NCBI GenBank assembly: GCA_965644265.1
Contig: OZ286465.1
Span: 76,384,001-76,448,000 of the forward strand
From: Glycera tridactyla
Lineage: Eukaryota
Length of the DNA: 64,000 bases
Direction: 5' to 3'
In this document: positions 1-11,662 of the stretch, piece after piece
How positions within the stretch are numbered: the stretch's first letter is position 1
Layout of the letters: every line of letters begins with the position of its first letter
Program-made: the position numbers and the translations under genes
The notes under the pieces: model-generated
Told to the model about the DNA's origin: nothing
The model's database searches: none
What the model saw: only the letters and a program-made list of their open reading frames with translations

Positions 1-1114
1 CGAGTGGCATCCACTATTTCTGTAGATTATAATAAACCCAAGGTGAATGGATAAAAATGCTGGTAAATCAATCATAATAGGACCATGAAAGGAAAATTTG
101 AGCATGGCCTCACCCTGTGCTTGCGTGCTGAAGAAATCAAGCACTCAAGTGAGGGGGATAGGGAGCAGACGGGGAAGCAATAAACCATGGCTGATGTGAC
201 TGATAGCCGTGTCTGTATCGTGGACAAGACCAATACATGCACATGACTAGTCAATGATGGTGTCGATTGCAACGCGCTTCATCGAGCAAGGAGTCAATAG
301 CTTCACGCCACACTGCGCGCGGGCCTGATTGATCTGTCTCCACAACAGACAATCCAATTTTTTGCGTCCGTTTCCTACTTTGGCCTACAATGACGTCAGA
401 TCCGGATGTGACAAGTTGCCCCCCCCCCCCCCATTCTAAAACTAGTAAATCTTATCGGATAGAAATGAATCTCACCCGCAGACTTTGTTCACATTCCCGG
501 TAACAGAAATGTAACCACTCGTACATTTCAACCCTGCTGGCCAAATATGTTGAATCCATTCTATTTTTATGGAGCCCGCAGCGGCCATAACCCTCCGATT
601 TCAAGCACCACAACAGCCTTTAATGTTTGCAGATTCACTATATGAATACAATGCGATGAAAGTGCTTTCTCGTCGATTAGAGCGTGCAGAGTGCCATTGC
701 TCATTAAAATCGAACTCAAATTTGATCGGAATTGGGAAATGTATGTCAATCCTCGAACCCTATCAAGTGAATCGGAGACATCCCCATCACCTACATTGTC
801 TTCCTCATCAACTGCATGTAGTCCTCTGAGGTCAAATCGTAGAAAAGAGCAAGCAGAACAGTATTATGTCTTGCTGTCTGACAAGAGACGTATCAATATA
901 GAAGGATGATCAATTGGATAAATGATGACAGAATGGAAATATGAGGGAAAGAATAGGAAAGGGATACACTGGTACAAGGGGAGATGTATTCCGAGGAACT
1001 CGCCTCGGAGAGTAAGATGAAGATTCCAAACAACCATCACAATTTCCGCCCAATTCAACAATAAAAGGACAAAACCAAAAACAAGAACAGCATAATCCAC
1101 CACCAATACAATTC

Positions 1115-1115
1115 C

Positions 1116-1162
<47 letters not shown>
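1115..1162 (+). repeat. (CAA)16 microsatellite
   Basis: Perfect CAA run read directly; it explains the poly-Cys pseudo-ORF at 910..1182. Confidence 0.97.
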
Positions 1163-1644
1163 CTGTGGGACAACATCATCATCTCATCAGATCAGGCTAC
1201 ACCATCCTAGGCGTCTCCACTGCGAACACCACCACTGCGACCGCTACTACCATCAACATCATCTAACCATCAATCTGTATGGATATTGATATAAACCAGC
1301 GTTAGTGTGGGCGCCTCTGGTCGAAATTTCCAAGTGATCTCCTCAAGACGGCGTTAGGGAATAGCCAAGCTCGGGGCAATTAAAGGAGGACATAGGCACG
1401 CAACAGTTGGCTACTAGCCTGATGTCTCACGTGACCAGTGGGACGTGCTGACGGAGCTACAAGCCTAATCAAGACCAGTGTTGTGTAATTAAGTTATAGA
1501 AAGTGATATAAGCAAGCATCAGTAGACGACAGGAATCCGGCCCCCGGGGACACACAACTGTCCACTCAGAAAACTTGGAAATATAACTGCCCCGATGGTA
1601 GAGCAGTAATATATCTGCAGCAGCAACGGCAGCAGCAATGGCAG

Positions 1645-1702
1645 CATCATCCTCATCTTCATCATCATCATCATCATCATCCTCATCATCATCATCATCA
1701 TC
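1645..1702 (+). repeat. imperfect (CAT/TCA)n microsatellite
   Basis: CAT repeats with a few CCT/CTT interruptions; they explain the poly-Met and poly-Ser pseudo-ORFs. Confidence 0.95.
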
Positions 1703-4700
1703 CCTAACAGCTTTTTTAAATGCTCTTCTCCAATTTCCTCATTGCTATCCATATCGTCAGGAACTATCAAGCCTTCCTGAGCCCTACTTTCGGTGCAAAG
1801 GTCGGCATGAATATAAATGCTTCGAAATGACTGAATGCCTCCCGAACTTCAGATCGGCTTAAAAACCGCCTCAAATCGAATCAACTGCCTGCTGAATTTA
1901 GGCGCACCAAAATTGATGATGACAGTGTCGATAGTAATAGGTCAGATTTCTCAAAAACGCATTTCCGATACTTCTTACCATGCGTATTCCTATTGACGAA
2001 TGCCTCCCACGTGGATCATTCAGGGATAATGCAAACAGATGAAAATGAATACTGCTATTGTGTGGTGATTGGTAACGATGATAGATGGCGGTTTGCATGA
2101 ACGCCAGTCAATGATCGAGTATGACTTATGGCCGGTTTATTTGACCATCCTGTCCCTCTCGCAAGCTGTTATAGAGACCTGATTAGATCAAACGCACGCA
2201 ATACGCTACTTAGTTTACGCCAATTCACTCTACCTGTTTATCTCCCCACCATAACCGAGACGGTTTCTTTAATATAACGCCACTATTGACATTTGGGCGG
2301 GCAGCCAATGTTTTTTGTCTCTGGTGAGAATCATAAGTGTGAGTTGAAGCATGTATATCTGAGAATATGTTAGAATTGTTTGCACATGGAAGCTTCGAGA
2401 ACAAATCCCGCTACTCATGCATGATTCTTTTTCCCTATCTGTCTGTCTGCCAGTCTGGTTAAGTGTTTATACATCTCCCTTGAGCGTCCAAAATAACTCG
2501 TCTATTTACATCTTCTTGCNNNNNNNNNNNNNNNNNNNNNNNNNNNNNNNNNNNNNNNNNNNNNNNNNNNNNNNNNNNNNNNNNNNNNNNNNNNNNNNNN
2601 NNNNNNNNNNNNNNNNNNNNNNNNNNNNNNNNNNNNNNNNNNNNNNNNNNNNNNNNNNNNNNNNNNNNNNNNNNNNNNNNNNNNNNNNNNNNNNNNNNNN
2701 NATAGACTTGGTGACGAAGCATTGAATGTTCAGGTTGTCAGCGTGTTGTTTGCTGTTCGTATCAGACTTATTCGGAGCAATATTCAGGAGTTGAATGATT
2801 CATAAGTTCGCTGTATACAGCTGTTCCCTCAGTGAATACAAATTACCTCTGCTTCGCTGAATATTTATCCGGTTATTTCCCATGAAGCTATGATGATACT
2901 CATGAGTAATATTCCTTCCATCCCAATGAATGTTGTATTCGCTGTTGTTATTATTGTCATCGATGTTTTGTTGACGGTGGTGCCCTGGTTGGCATTGATA
3001 TTGCTGTAATGCAATGCCATCATCTCTTGTCTTGCTACCTTGCTGAAGTCAGCATCATTGATGGTATTTCAATAATGGTACCTCATTTATTCGATACAAC
3101 ATGATTGGAGCATCAGATCTTGTTTGTTCTCATTTTTTGCTAGAATTATGCGAGATGAGATGGAATATTCAAGGTGGAAAGTATTCCTGAATGATTGCGC
3201 AGTTTCTAACCTGCTAATAGAACCAGAAAATCAGTATTTCATACGGAGCTCCCTCTCATAGAGTATGCGAGGTGAGTCAGATGAATGGATAAAAACCACA
3301 TTTTCCTCACCTACTTGTAGATGGGCGGACAGTTCACAATCTCATCAAACACGCTGCTGAGATGCAATGAGCAACGACGCATGAGTACGGAAATCATTGC
3401 TGATGAGCGGTACTTACAGCAAAAAGGTCGAGCGGAGCAACACATATAACACATGTTATTTGACTTTATTGTCCCGAATGAATGCTGGTTGTGAGACAGA
3501 TGGTGGAGAGTGAGATAAAGTTATGCTTACTTGGGCATGAAACTGTCTGTTACACGTGATTTATACACGAGGACGCTATTTCGCGCGACACCTAAAGCTC
3601 GGGGCGTGTGTATGAGCGTTTGCTGATCTTGGTGGCTTTTCGGTCTGTGAATCTAACCCCTTGTATCTCATGCATTCCAGTGGTGTTGTAAGACTAATGT
3701 GTCAGCTAGGGGATTAACACCGGTAGAGATCTTTAGAAAACACACTGACGAGGATTTCTGTAGCTTGAAGCTATTTAATCGTACAAGATGTTCAATACAG
3801 GTGCCGACCATTGGATGGAAGATATTTATAATATTCATGCATCCGGGTTGAATCCCAGATCCGGACAGCTCTACCCAGCCGGAAACCTGGGTTTTGGGAA
3901 GATTTCCCGATCTTCCCATCATTCTCCATAATTGTAGGACCGGGCTGAAAATCGTACAGTATTCCACAATGAAAAGATTGGTTGAACTAATCATCACCGC
4001 TACTGGTTCATGCAGCAAAGTGGGTGCATCAGCGTGCACGATGGACGGCCGTCGACACGTTTGACTGCGTCAAAGACACGGGATTCTAAGCTGCTTTCCG
4101 ACTTGCCATCCAATGAGGATGTGTTAAGGGTCAAGACATGCGTGGTCACCAACTTTCACTAACTTTGTGAAGAAAGTCACAGCACTGATTGGCAAGCACC
4201 AGTCATGCTAGGTTTCAAACTGATATTGATATCTCCGGTGTCCACGAGAGGCCACTGCCATCAATTGTGTGTGGGTGAGAAATATGAGATCGCATCCACT
4301 GCTACTTCCCACTCGACTGATTCTTTCTTNNNNNNNNNNNNNNNNNNNNNNNNNNNNNNNNNNNNNNNNNNNNNNNNNNNNNNNNNNNNNNNNNNNNNNN
4401 NNNNNNNNNNNNNNNNNNNNNNNNNNNNNNNNNNNNNNNNNNNNNNNNNNNNNNNNNNNNNNNNNNNNNNNNNNNNNNNNNNNNNNNNNNNNNNNNNNNN
4501 NNNNNNNNNNNNNNNNNNNNNNNNNNNNNNNNNNNNNNNNNNNNNNNNTGTCCACCTGTCTGTCCACCTGTCTGTCCACCTGTCTGTCTATCCATCGATA
4601 TATCCTTCCGTCTGCCTGTCTGTCTGTCTGTGGATGACCCAAGTTGGCAGCATCTTACCGAACACCTCTACCCTCCATGAAAACTCAGCTCTACTTCAAC

Positions 4701-6799
4701 TCATCAAATCTCAGACTGCCGGCCTTTTGTGAACGTGTGCGTATCCCAACGCAGTACGCTCAAGTACCTGGCTTCCTCTACAGTTACTCTGCTGTCACCC
4801 ATGACCAGTTCGCATCCAGGATTCTGAGAGTCCTTTATAATCTTCAAATCCCTGGAAACTTCTCCAAGATATTCACTGTTGAGCCTCCAGTTATGAAACT
4901 GTTGGTTTCCCAGTTGTGTCACAGGTACTGTCTTAGCTGAAGACTGCGCCATTCACCCTATCATGACACCAGTGTTTGCTGTTGAAAATGTTGTTTTGCT
5001 AGCTCTCGCATCTAACTGAGGTTGGGGTGATCTGCCAAGCATGTCGAGTACACCAGATGGTATCTGGCTTCACCAGGGACCTTTCTAGTATCATCTCGAT
5101 TGACGAACCTGGATCATCGCTCAAAATCAGGCCCTGATAGACTGTCACTGACATGTTTTTTCCTTTTCTGTCTTTTTTCAGAAGTGATTCGTGTCACTGA
5201 CTCGTGCTTATGCCCATTTTGATCAGTTCGCATTTAACATAAGTTCCCTAATTTATCCTACAAATGGTATATGCGTGTTTTGTGCGGCGAGAATGGTTAA
5301 GTCTTTTGTGATCAGCAAGTCAGTGACGTTCTTCTGATCTTAGGAGATTCTTTTAGGAGATCGAATGGTCATTCCCCGATCATCTGCGTTCTATTTCTAC
5401 TCAATTTTGAGGCATGATGGATATGATATACCCACATCATCGTAGGTTCATTTATTTCATTTGGGCTAAGTACATACCTGTCTTCTATTCTACGCCCCCC
5501 CCCCCCTCCTCTTCTCCGTAATCAATTGGTTGTCATGGATGGTATGCGTAGGTGCAATGGGAGCAACGTCTCCGACTAGCTGTTTCCACAGGCGAAATAA
5601 GGAAGCGAGCAGAGATATGCTCAATTAGTGGCATTTCAAAGGACTGGGAATTCTGAGTTTGGAGGGGAAATACGTATTTCATACTTTCAAGGTCAAGAGA
5701 TAAACAAAGAAAAGGCCATTATCCTAAAATGTTGCGAGAACCTTTTGATGCATGATTAGGAATTCCACTTCGCAGAAAATGCATTCTATGTCAAGAAAGT
5801 AATAAAACGCTGCTACAGAGTAAGTTGTGGCATCACACTATAATTCTGCTTCCATGTATTGAGAGAGATGGTGAAGGCATAATCAAGTTGCTTTGCAATA
5901 GCTGATAATATATCGGATGTGGCTTATTTCCCCTGTGGAGTTGTTGGGCGATGGGATTACTAATAATTTCGACCTGTTAAATAGAGGGATCAGCCGGTGT
6001 CCTGTTTTTACTAGCCCTGTAAGCCCAACATTAACATAACACCTTATCGCACTGCATTAAATACCCACGCACAAACGCAGACACACACTTGTGTAACACT
6101 AAAATGCATAGCTGACTACCAAGTTACTCATCCATACCATCCTACTTCGATTCCTACTTACCTACCAACCTACCCACCTACTTATCTGCCTGCTCACCTA
6201 TCTACTCACATTCCCAGGCCCTTACTACCTGTATACACACATACACACAAAGGTCGCTCGTCTACATTCGCCAATACCTGACGTGGCTGATGAAAGACTA
6301 TATATTCAGGTTTCACTATACACTCGCCTCATTATCATTTACCNNNNNNNNNNNNNNNNNNNNNNNNNNNNNNNNNNNNNNNNNNNNNNNNNNNNNNNNN
6401 NNNNNNNNNNNNNNNNNNNNNNNNNNNNNNNNNNNNNNNNNNNNNNNNNNNNNNNNNNNNNNNNNNNNNNNNNNNNNNNNNNNNNNNNNNNNNNAATTGT
6501 GAAGTTGGTATTAGTGTTGATGATGACAGTGAAGCAATACATGTGCTTCATTTAGACCATACTTGCTTGTGTGGCCGCTGGAGGCAGGGATATCATCATT
6601 GCCATCGGCGTTGACATGGCAACGTCATCAGATAATATCAGAGGTCACGGCAGCTGGCGTTGACAAGGGGGCTCTTCTCGGCAGATATAGGCTGTCATTC
6701 ATCGCACAACATGGTGCTGCCAACTATAGGCATTAAGATGTCAGTGATATCAGAGTTCTAAATCCCAGCTATGCCTTTGGGAATCATCCCTGGCCAGGA

Positions 6800-7340
6800 T
6801 CCAGGCCATTGTCGCCCAGGATGAACCTGGGATCCGTTACGCCATCCTGGATCTCTATTTTAACCTACATAGCAACTACTACACCCTCCGACTGAAATGA
6901 ACCGCGATACACTTTATATCGTAGTGCCTCATAGGAGAACATTCGCTGACTCTCCACCTTGATCACAATATACCACTGACTACTATAGTGATTTAATATT
7001 ATTAGACAAGACTGAATCTAAGTGATACAAAGACCGATTACTACACAATGGAGTTTTGAGGCTACCTATCATGAATCATCAGGGGTTAGTCGGTATCTTG
7101 GCATGATTAGAACGTCATACCAGGACATTTGATCCCTAATGGATGGGATATTTCTGTAAGAGCTCGTCGCCATCAGAGCAGCCCGCTTCCAACGTCCGCA
7201 TCATGGCTTATCGGCTGATCAGTGATAGCACAACCATCACTATATACCGACCATTACACTGGAAACCGACATCATTCGCTCGCCAATTCAGAACTACTCG
7301 AAATTCTCAATCTGTTTTAGGCATATATACCACCAAATGA
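6800..7340 (+). pseudogene. decayed L2-clade LINE RT C-terminal fragment
   Basis: Broken frames give RLNLSDTKTD (cf. LKLNxxKTE), SRYLGMI, GYFCKSS...AYRLI (cf. LDYCNS...AARLI) and IYRPLHWKPTSF (cf. LxxLHWLPV), in the expected order. Confidence 0.55.
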
Positions 7341-9018
7341 CACTATCGATAATCTTCACCATCGCTGTGATGGTCTTGACATAGGTAGCTGACAGTTTGC
7401 CTATAGGTGATACTATCATCATGCAAAAATGGTACCATGCAGGCACAACAGTTCTGAGTTACCACAGCTGCGACTAATTTTGAAGGAAGTTTGATCGTGT
7501 TATACTGCAAGCATATGGAGGGCGATATATCATTTCTGTAGGCTATAGCGATCTCTTCATGATAGGCAGTTAAAGGTTATGTAGCCATGATAAGATAAGG
7601 AAAGTATCAGCACTTGCATAGCATCAGTGATATGTGATACTAATTCAGTGGAATCTGTTCGTTTTTTTGTCAGAAAGTCACAGCCCGCCATATTTCAAGG
7701 CAGTGAAGCCTTCTGGGACATGTCATGTCATGAGAGAGAGAACATAGGAATGTGAAGAGATACAGGCTAGAAAAAATCTATTGGCTGTTTGCAGAGAGTT
7801 GTGTATCTTGTAACTGTTTTCTCAGCTTCCTGGATTTGTGATGAAGTGTTCTAAGACGTTGACTAAGCGCAAACATTAGAACGTGATCAAGCTGCCCAAG
7901 TACCTCAGTGCCAGCTGCTTCTATTACAGCAAAGTGGTGTCAATCATTTCCCCACCACAATACACCACTACGAACATATCATATATGAAAATTCGGACAC
8001 TGTCTTATCTATGGTATATAAAATTATGGGTTCGAAAGCAGAATCTCAAACTTGATGATGGTGGAGTGCGGGTGGAGCAGTCCCCCTTGTTACCATCAGT
8101 GATGTCCTTTATTGATTTCTGGAAGTGTGGTTGCCACGAACGCCAGCTCTACTGCCATTAATACAATGAAAAGATATTCAGGATTGTATGTGTTGTGAAA
8201 GCAGGAACACATCACTGCGAGCTCAAGTCGAAAGATAACCGTCCATTGCCTACACAATCTAGTGGTATTTCAATCGTATAACGGGTGATTCGATCTAGCA
8301 CTATTCCAACATTAGCCATTGTCCTACCCCACAATGGCGCCTTGAGTAACACCCCTCCAACACTACCAGCATGCTCTGATCACTCGAGTCCTCCGTTTAA
8401 TCAGGTCACGTCTTCAATGCTCACATTATTCTGTGCTTGGTAGAATAAGAGGCTGCTTGACAGTGCCTGTCTATTATTAATCCCTCCATTAATTACACTA
8501 ATCAGCCCATCTATCCAGCCCTATCTAATCCCATCATTGTGCAGCCACTCACTGGGAATCAACCATCTTTTTTATCAGGACTCTATCGTACTGATGATGC
8601 TGATGATGCTGTTGGCCCTACATCTAGGTCACTCCCGCACCTAATCCCATTCTATCCCTTCTTCTCTCAATCATCTTGCCTCTACATCCCTCGTTCCCAC
8701 CTCATGTCAACCTACCATATATAGTACCTTATTCTACCCTATCTTCTTCTTCATATATCCTTACTGCTATCGATTTCTCTCGCCACTGATACCACTCCCA
8801 GTCCCCTGTGAGTGTCCCTCTCAAGAGTGGAAACACGTTATTGCATTGCCTCCACCATCCCTATCCTACCTTATGTTATCAAAATCAAGATCTACTGATA
8901 TCCGTCTCACCTCTACTGTTGTCGCTACCATTTCTACCGCTACTGTTGCTACTTCTTGTCCGTATCATCCTCCGCTACAACTGCTAGTTGTGACACTACT
9001 ATCACTGCCACTGATACA

Positions 9019-9076
9019 ACTACTACGACTACTACTACCAGTACTACTACTACTACCACTACTACTACTACTACTT

Positions 9077-9108
<32 letters not shown>

Positions 9109-9144
9109 GCTACTACTGCTACTACTACTCACACTACTACTACT
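9019..9144 (+). repeat. imperfect (ACT)n microsatellite
   Basis: Read directly; it explains the poly-Thr, poly-Leu and poly-Ser pseudo-ORFs at 8846-9252. Confidence 0.95.
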
Positions 9145-10270
9145 TTGACAACTACACCTGATACTTTCCATAAAACTAGTGAGAATCCTTCTACTGCATG
9201 TACACCATGCTCATTGAAATTGGATGTTCTACATTTGAAGGCGTTGAAGTAGGTCCGTGAATAAAAGATTGTTGAAAGCCACAATCAAATTAACTCCACC
9301 ACCATCCATGTTGTTGCCTCATCACTCTCTCCAGCATGACTAATTATGTGATGATGCGATCGGCGCCAGCCTTTATCCGCCATGCAGGAAACCATTCCCA
9401 AGACCCGGCGTTGTGATTTCCTTTTTCCATCGCCTGAACCATCATCTCCACGATGACAACCCAATAAGAATGATAGATAATATTGACAAAAAGGATACTA
9501 ATTGGTATAGTATCTTCTATCATAAAAGTAGGTATAATACTGATAATCGAAAACGGCGATGATGACGATGATGATGACGAGGTGACTGACGACAGAGACG
9601 GGAGGATGACGATGACGAACCTGGATGCTCATTGTGATGATGCAGATGTTGATGCTGATTCTGATGTTGATGCTGATTCTGATNNNNNNNNNNNNNNNNN
9701 NNNNNNNNNNNNNNNNNNNNNNNNNNNNNNNNNNNNNNNNNNNNNNNNNNNNNNNNNNNNNNNNNNNNNNNNNNNNNNNNNNNNNNNNNNNNNNNNNNNN
9801 NNNNNNNNNNNNNNNNNNNNNNNNNNNNNNNNNNNNNNNNNNNNNNNNNNNNNNNNNNNNNNNNNNNNNNNNNNNNNNNNNNNNNNNNNNNNNNNNNNNN
9901 NNNNNNNNNNNNNNNNNNNNNNNNNNNNNNNNNNNNNNNNNNNNNNNNNNNNNNNNNNNNNNNNNNNNNTAACCCTGGGAAAAGGGTTCAGTCCAAATAT
10001 ACATTCCAGCAAAATTCCCGATTCATTCTACCAATCAATTTCAATCGATTCAAAGCATGATGAATACTGTTAAATTCGATGCGGTTGGGAATTCAACAAA
10101 TCACAAGACTGGAGTGCACGTAATTATGGGGTAATGACGTACATAAATTTCAATTATGGTTTGCGTCAGATGTCATGTATTGAGTGCTTAATCGAGAAGA
10201 AGCGGCAGCAGGTTATCCCCCTTCTCATTAATTAGGTGGTTGGGGTGATACAAAAGAGATGATTGGGTTC

Positions 10271-10548
10271 CAGATGTGAAACGACTTACCACCAGACATC
10301 AAACAATCAGAAACAATAGCCAGTTTCAAACGTGAGTTGCTCAAAAAGTTGTGTCCAGTTAGGAGCTAGTGTACTGTGTTTGTCCTGAATTGTCAATGAT
10401 TTATACATATGTATATGTATTCTATATTGATGTTATGATGTACTTGTTTTGTTGGATTTGTATTGTGTTTCTTGCGCTCCATTGGGGAAGTGATAGTCTC
10501 CGGACCTCCCCAAAAGAGCTAAATAAAGCTTTCAAATTCAAATTCGAA
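10271..10548 (+). mobile_element. 5'-truncated CR1/Crack-like LINE 3' end
   Basis: Encodes NDLPPDIKQSETIASFKRELLKK, the WNxLP...FK ORF2 C-terminus. It is followed by a GT-rich 3'UTR, AATAAA at 10522-10527 and a TTCAAA-TTCAAA-TTCGAA tail at 10531-10548. Confidence 0.75.
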
Positions 10549-11169
10549 TATCTGTCTGGCAAATGCTACAAACTCTTCCTTATCAAATGGGGAATTAATC
10601 AATGGGTCTGCAATACACATTCTTGTAAAATCTAAACTCAAACTTATCCTCAAAGTGAACGTATCGGCCACTACCAGCATTCACAAATAGTCATCCGGAC
10701 AAAGTGCACATTTATTCACATTCAGAAGCAATAGGACCCGAATACATGCCACATTGCAGCAATACAGAATACATCAACACTTATATATAAATGCCATAAC
10801 ACAAGTCTCTATTATGTTATGAATTATTGTATATCACATATGTGCGTTACACATGTGCATGTTGTGTCTTATGCTATATGTCAATTCTCGAATCTTGCAT
10901 ATACCATTGTCTGGAGTGGTAGTATTTATCCTGGATATGATATTGATATCGACAGCCAATCACATGCAGCAGAATGAAAATCACTTTTGAGGCAGAACGA
11001 AAATGGACGAGAGCCTATATTCCGTATTCCACACGGGCTATACAGTTTAAATTCCTACTTGATGTTTGACGAGAAGGGCCTGGTTATACCATCATCGTAT
11101 TTTGTCCAGCTACAGATAAATCTAAAATCCTGCCTCGAAATCGCACATGAGTGGTCAATTCACCATTCC

Positions 11170-11491
11170 AATAAGCGCCACAACTCTCATGTGTTTTTGG
11201 AACGATAGCTGCTTGAAGCAGTTGCTTCGATTTCACTCAAACACGAACTTTACTTGATGATATTCAATCCAAGTTGATTTTCCCCTAAGGAAAATCCGAT
11301 ACACATGAACTGAGATAGCATCTATCCCGAGAATACACCATGGAATTATATTTGCATTCTCCGAACCAGATGTAATTTATAGTTCCATGTGCTACGCCAA
11401 GGATAACAGCATCACTATCAGCCAAGAATGTCTGCTTCCAACGAGCTACATATTCAAAAACGCCACATGTTAGTCCATCCTGATGGTTGAT
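11170..11491 (-). pseudogene. older antisense LINE ORF2 relic, post-endonuclease linker (left half of the split target)
   Basis: The minus strand reads INHQDGLTCGVFEYVARWKQTFLADSDAV...GKSTWI, resembling the linker FxxDL and xPWI motifs. It joins in frame with the relic at 20797-21300. Confidence 0.55.
11489..11491 (+). repeat. candidate 3-bp target-site duplication GAT (partner at 20797-20799)
   Basis: GAT flanks both ends. Removing 11492-20799 restores an in-frame antisense reading ...QEHLYPL-I-NHQDG... Confidence 0.7.
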
Positions 11492-11495
11492 GTGT

Positions 11496-11504
11496 GAGAT
11501 GGCG
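11496..11504 (+). promoter_or_regulatory. YY1-like AGATGGCG motif at the element 5' end (internal Pol II promoter)
   Basis: GAGATGGCG lies 4 nt inside the inferred 5' end, followed by a CpG-rich stretch (GACGCGCGCGAC). Such motifs are known from LINE 5' internal promoters. Confidence 0.5.
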
Positions 11505-11662
11505 TCCAAACCGAGCTGACGCGCGCGACATCGGGGAGAGTGATATGGACTGATTTATACTCATGACAGTTACATCCAGCTACAATATCACGTGGAATAA
11601 TTGCCGAAGGACTTATCAAACTAACACAGTCACTTAAAGGACCATAGTTACGGTACACCGAG

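Noticed and set aside
1900-2130. hAT-dimerisation-like (FPILLTMRIP) and PHD-like (EYCYC) peptides
   Set aside because: Too short, they need frameshifts, and the key conserved residues are missing.
2850-3120. Hydrophobic + strand peptide or RTE-like RT remnant on the minus strand
   Set aside because: Neither reading gives more than one weak motif.
3330-3540. Minus-strand GTAAG donors and short intron-like spacing suggesting host exons
   Set aside because: Splicing the candidates gives in-frame stops.
910-9252. Homopolymeric ORFs (poly-C, poly-M, poly-S, poly-T, poly-L) and X-containing ORFs in the track
   Set aside because: They are translations of microsatellites or N-gaps, with no protein motifs.
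11285-11509. Ulp1-protease-like QDGLTCGVF motif
   Set aside because: Better explained as the ORF2 linker of the split older LINE, since it joins in frame with the APE relic; no upstream His/Asp motif is present.
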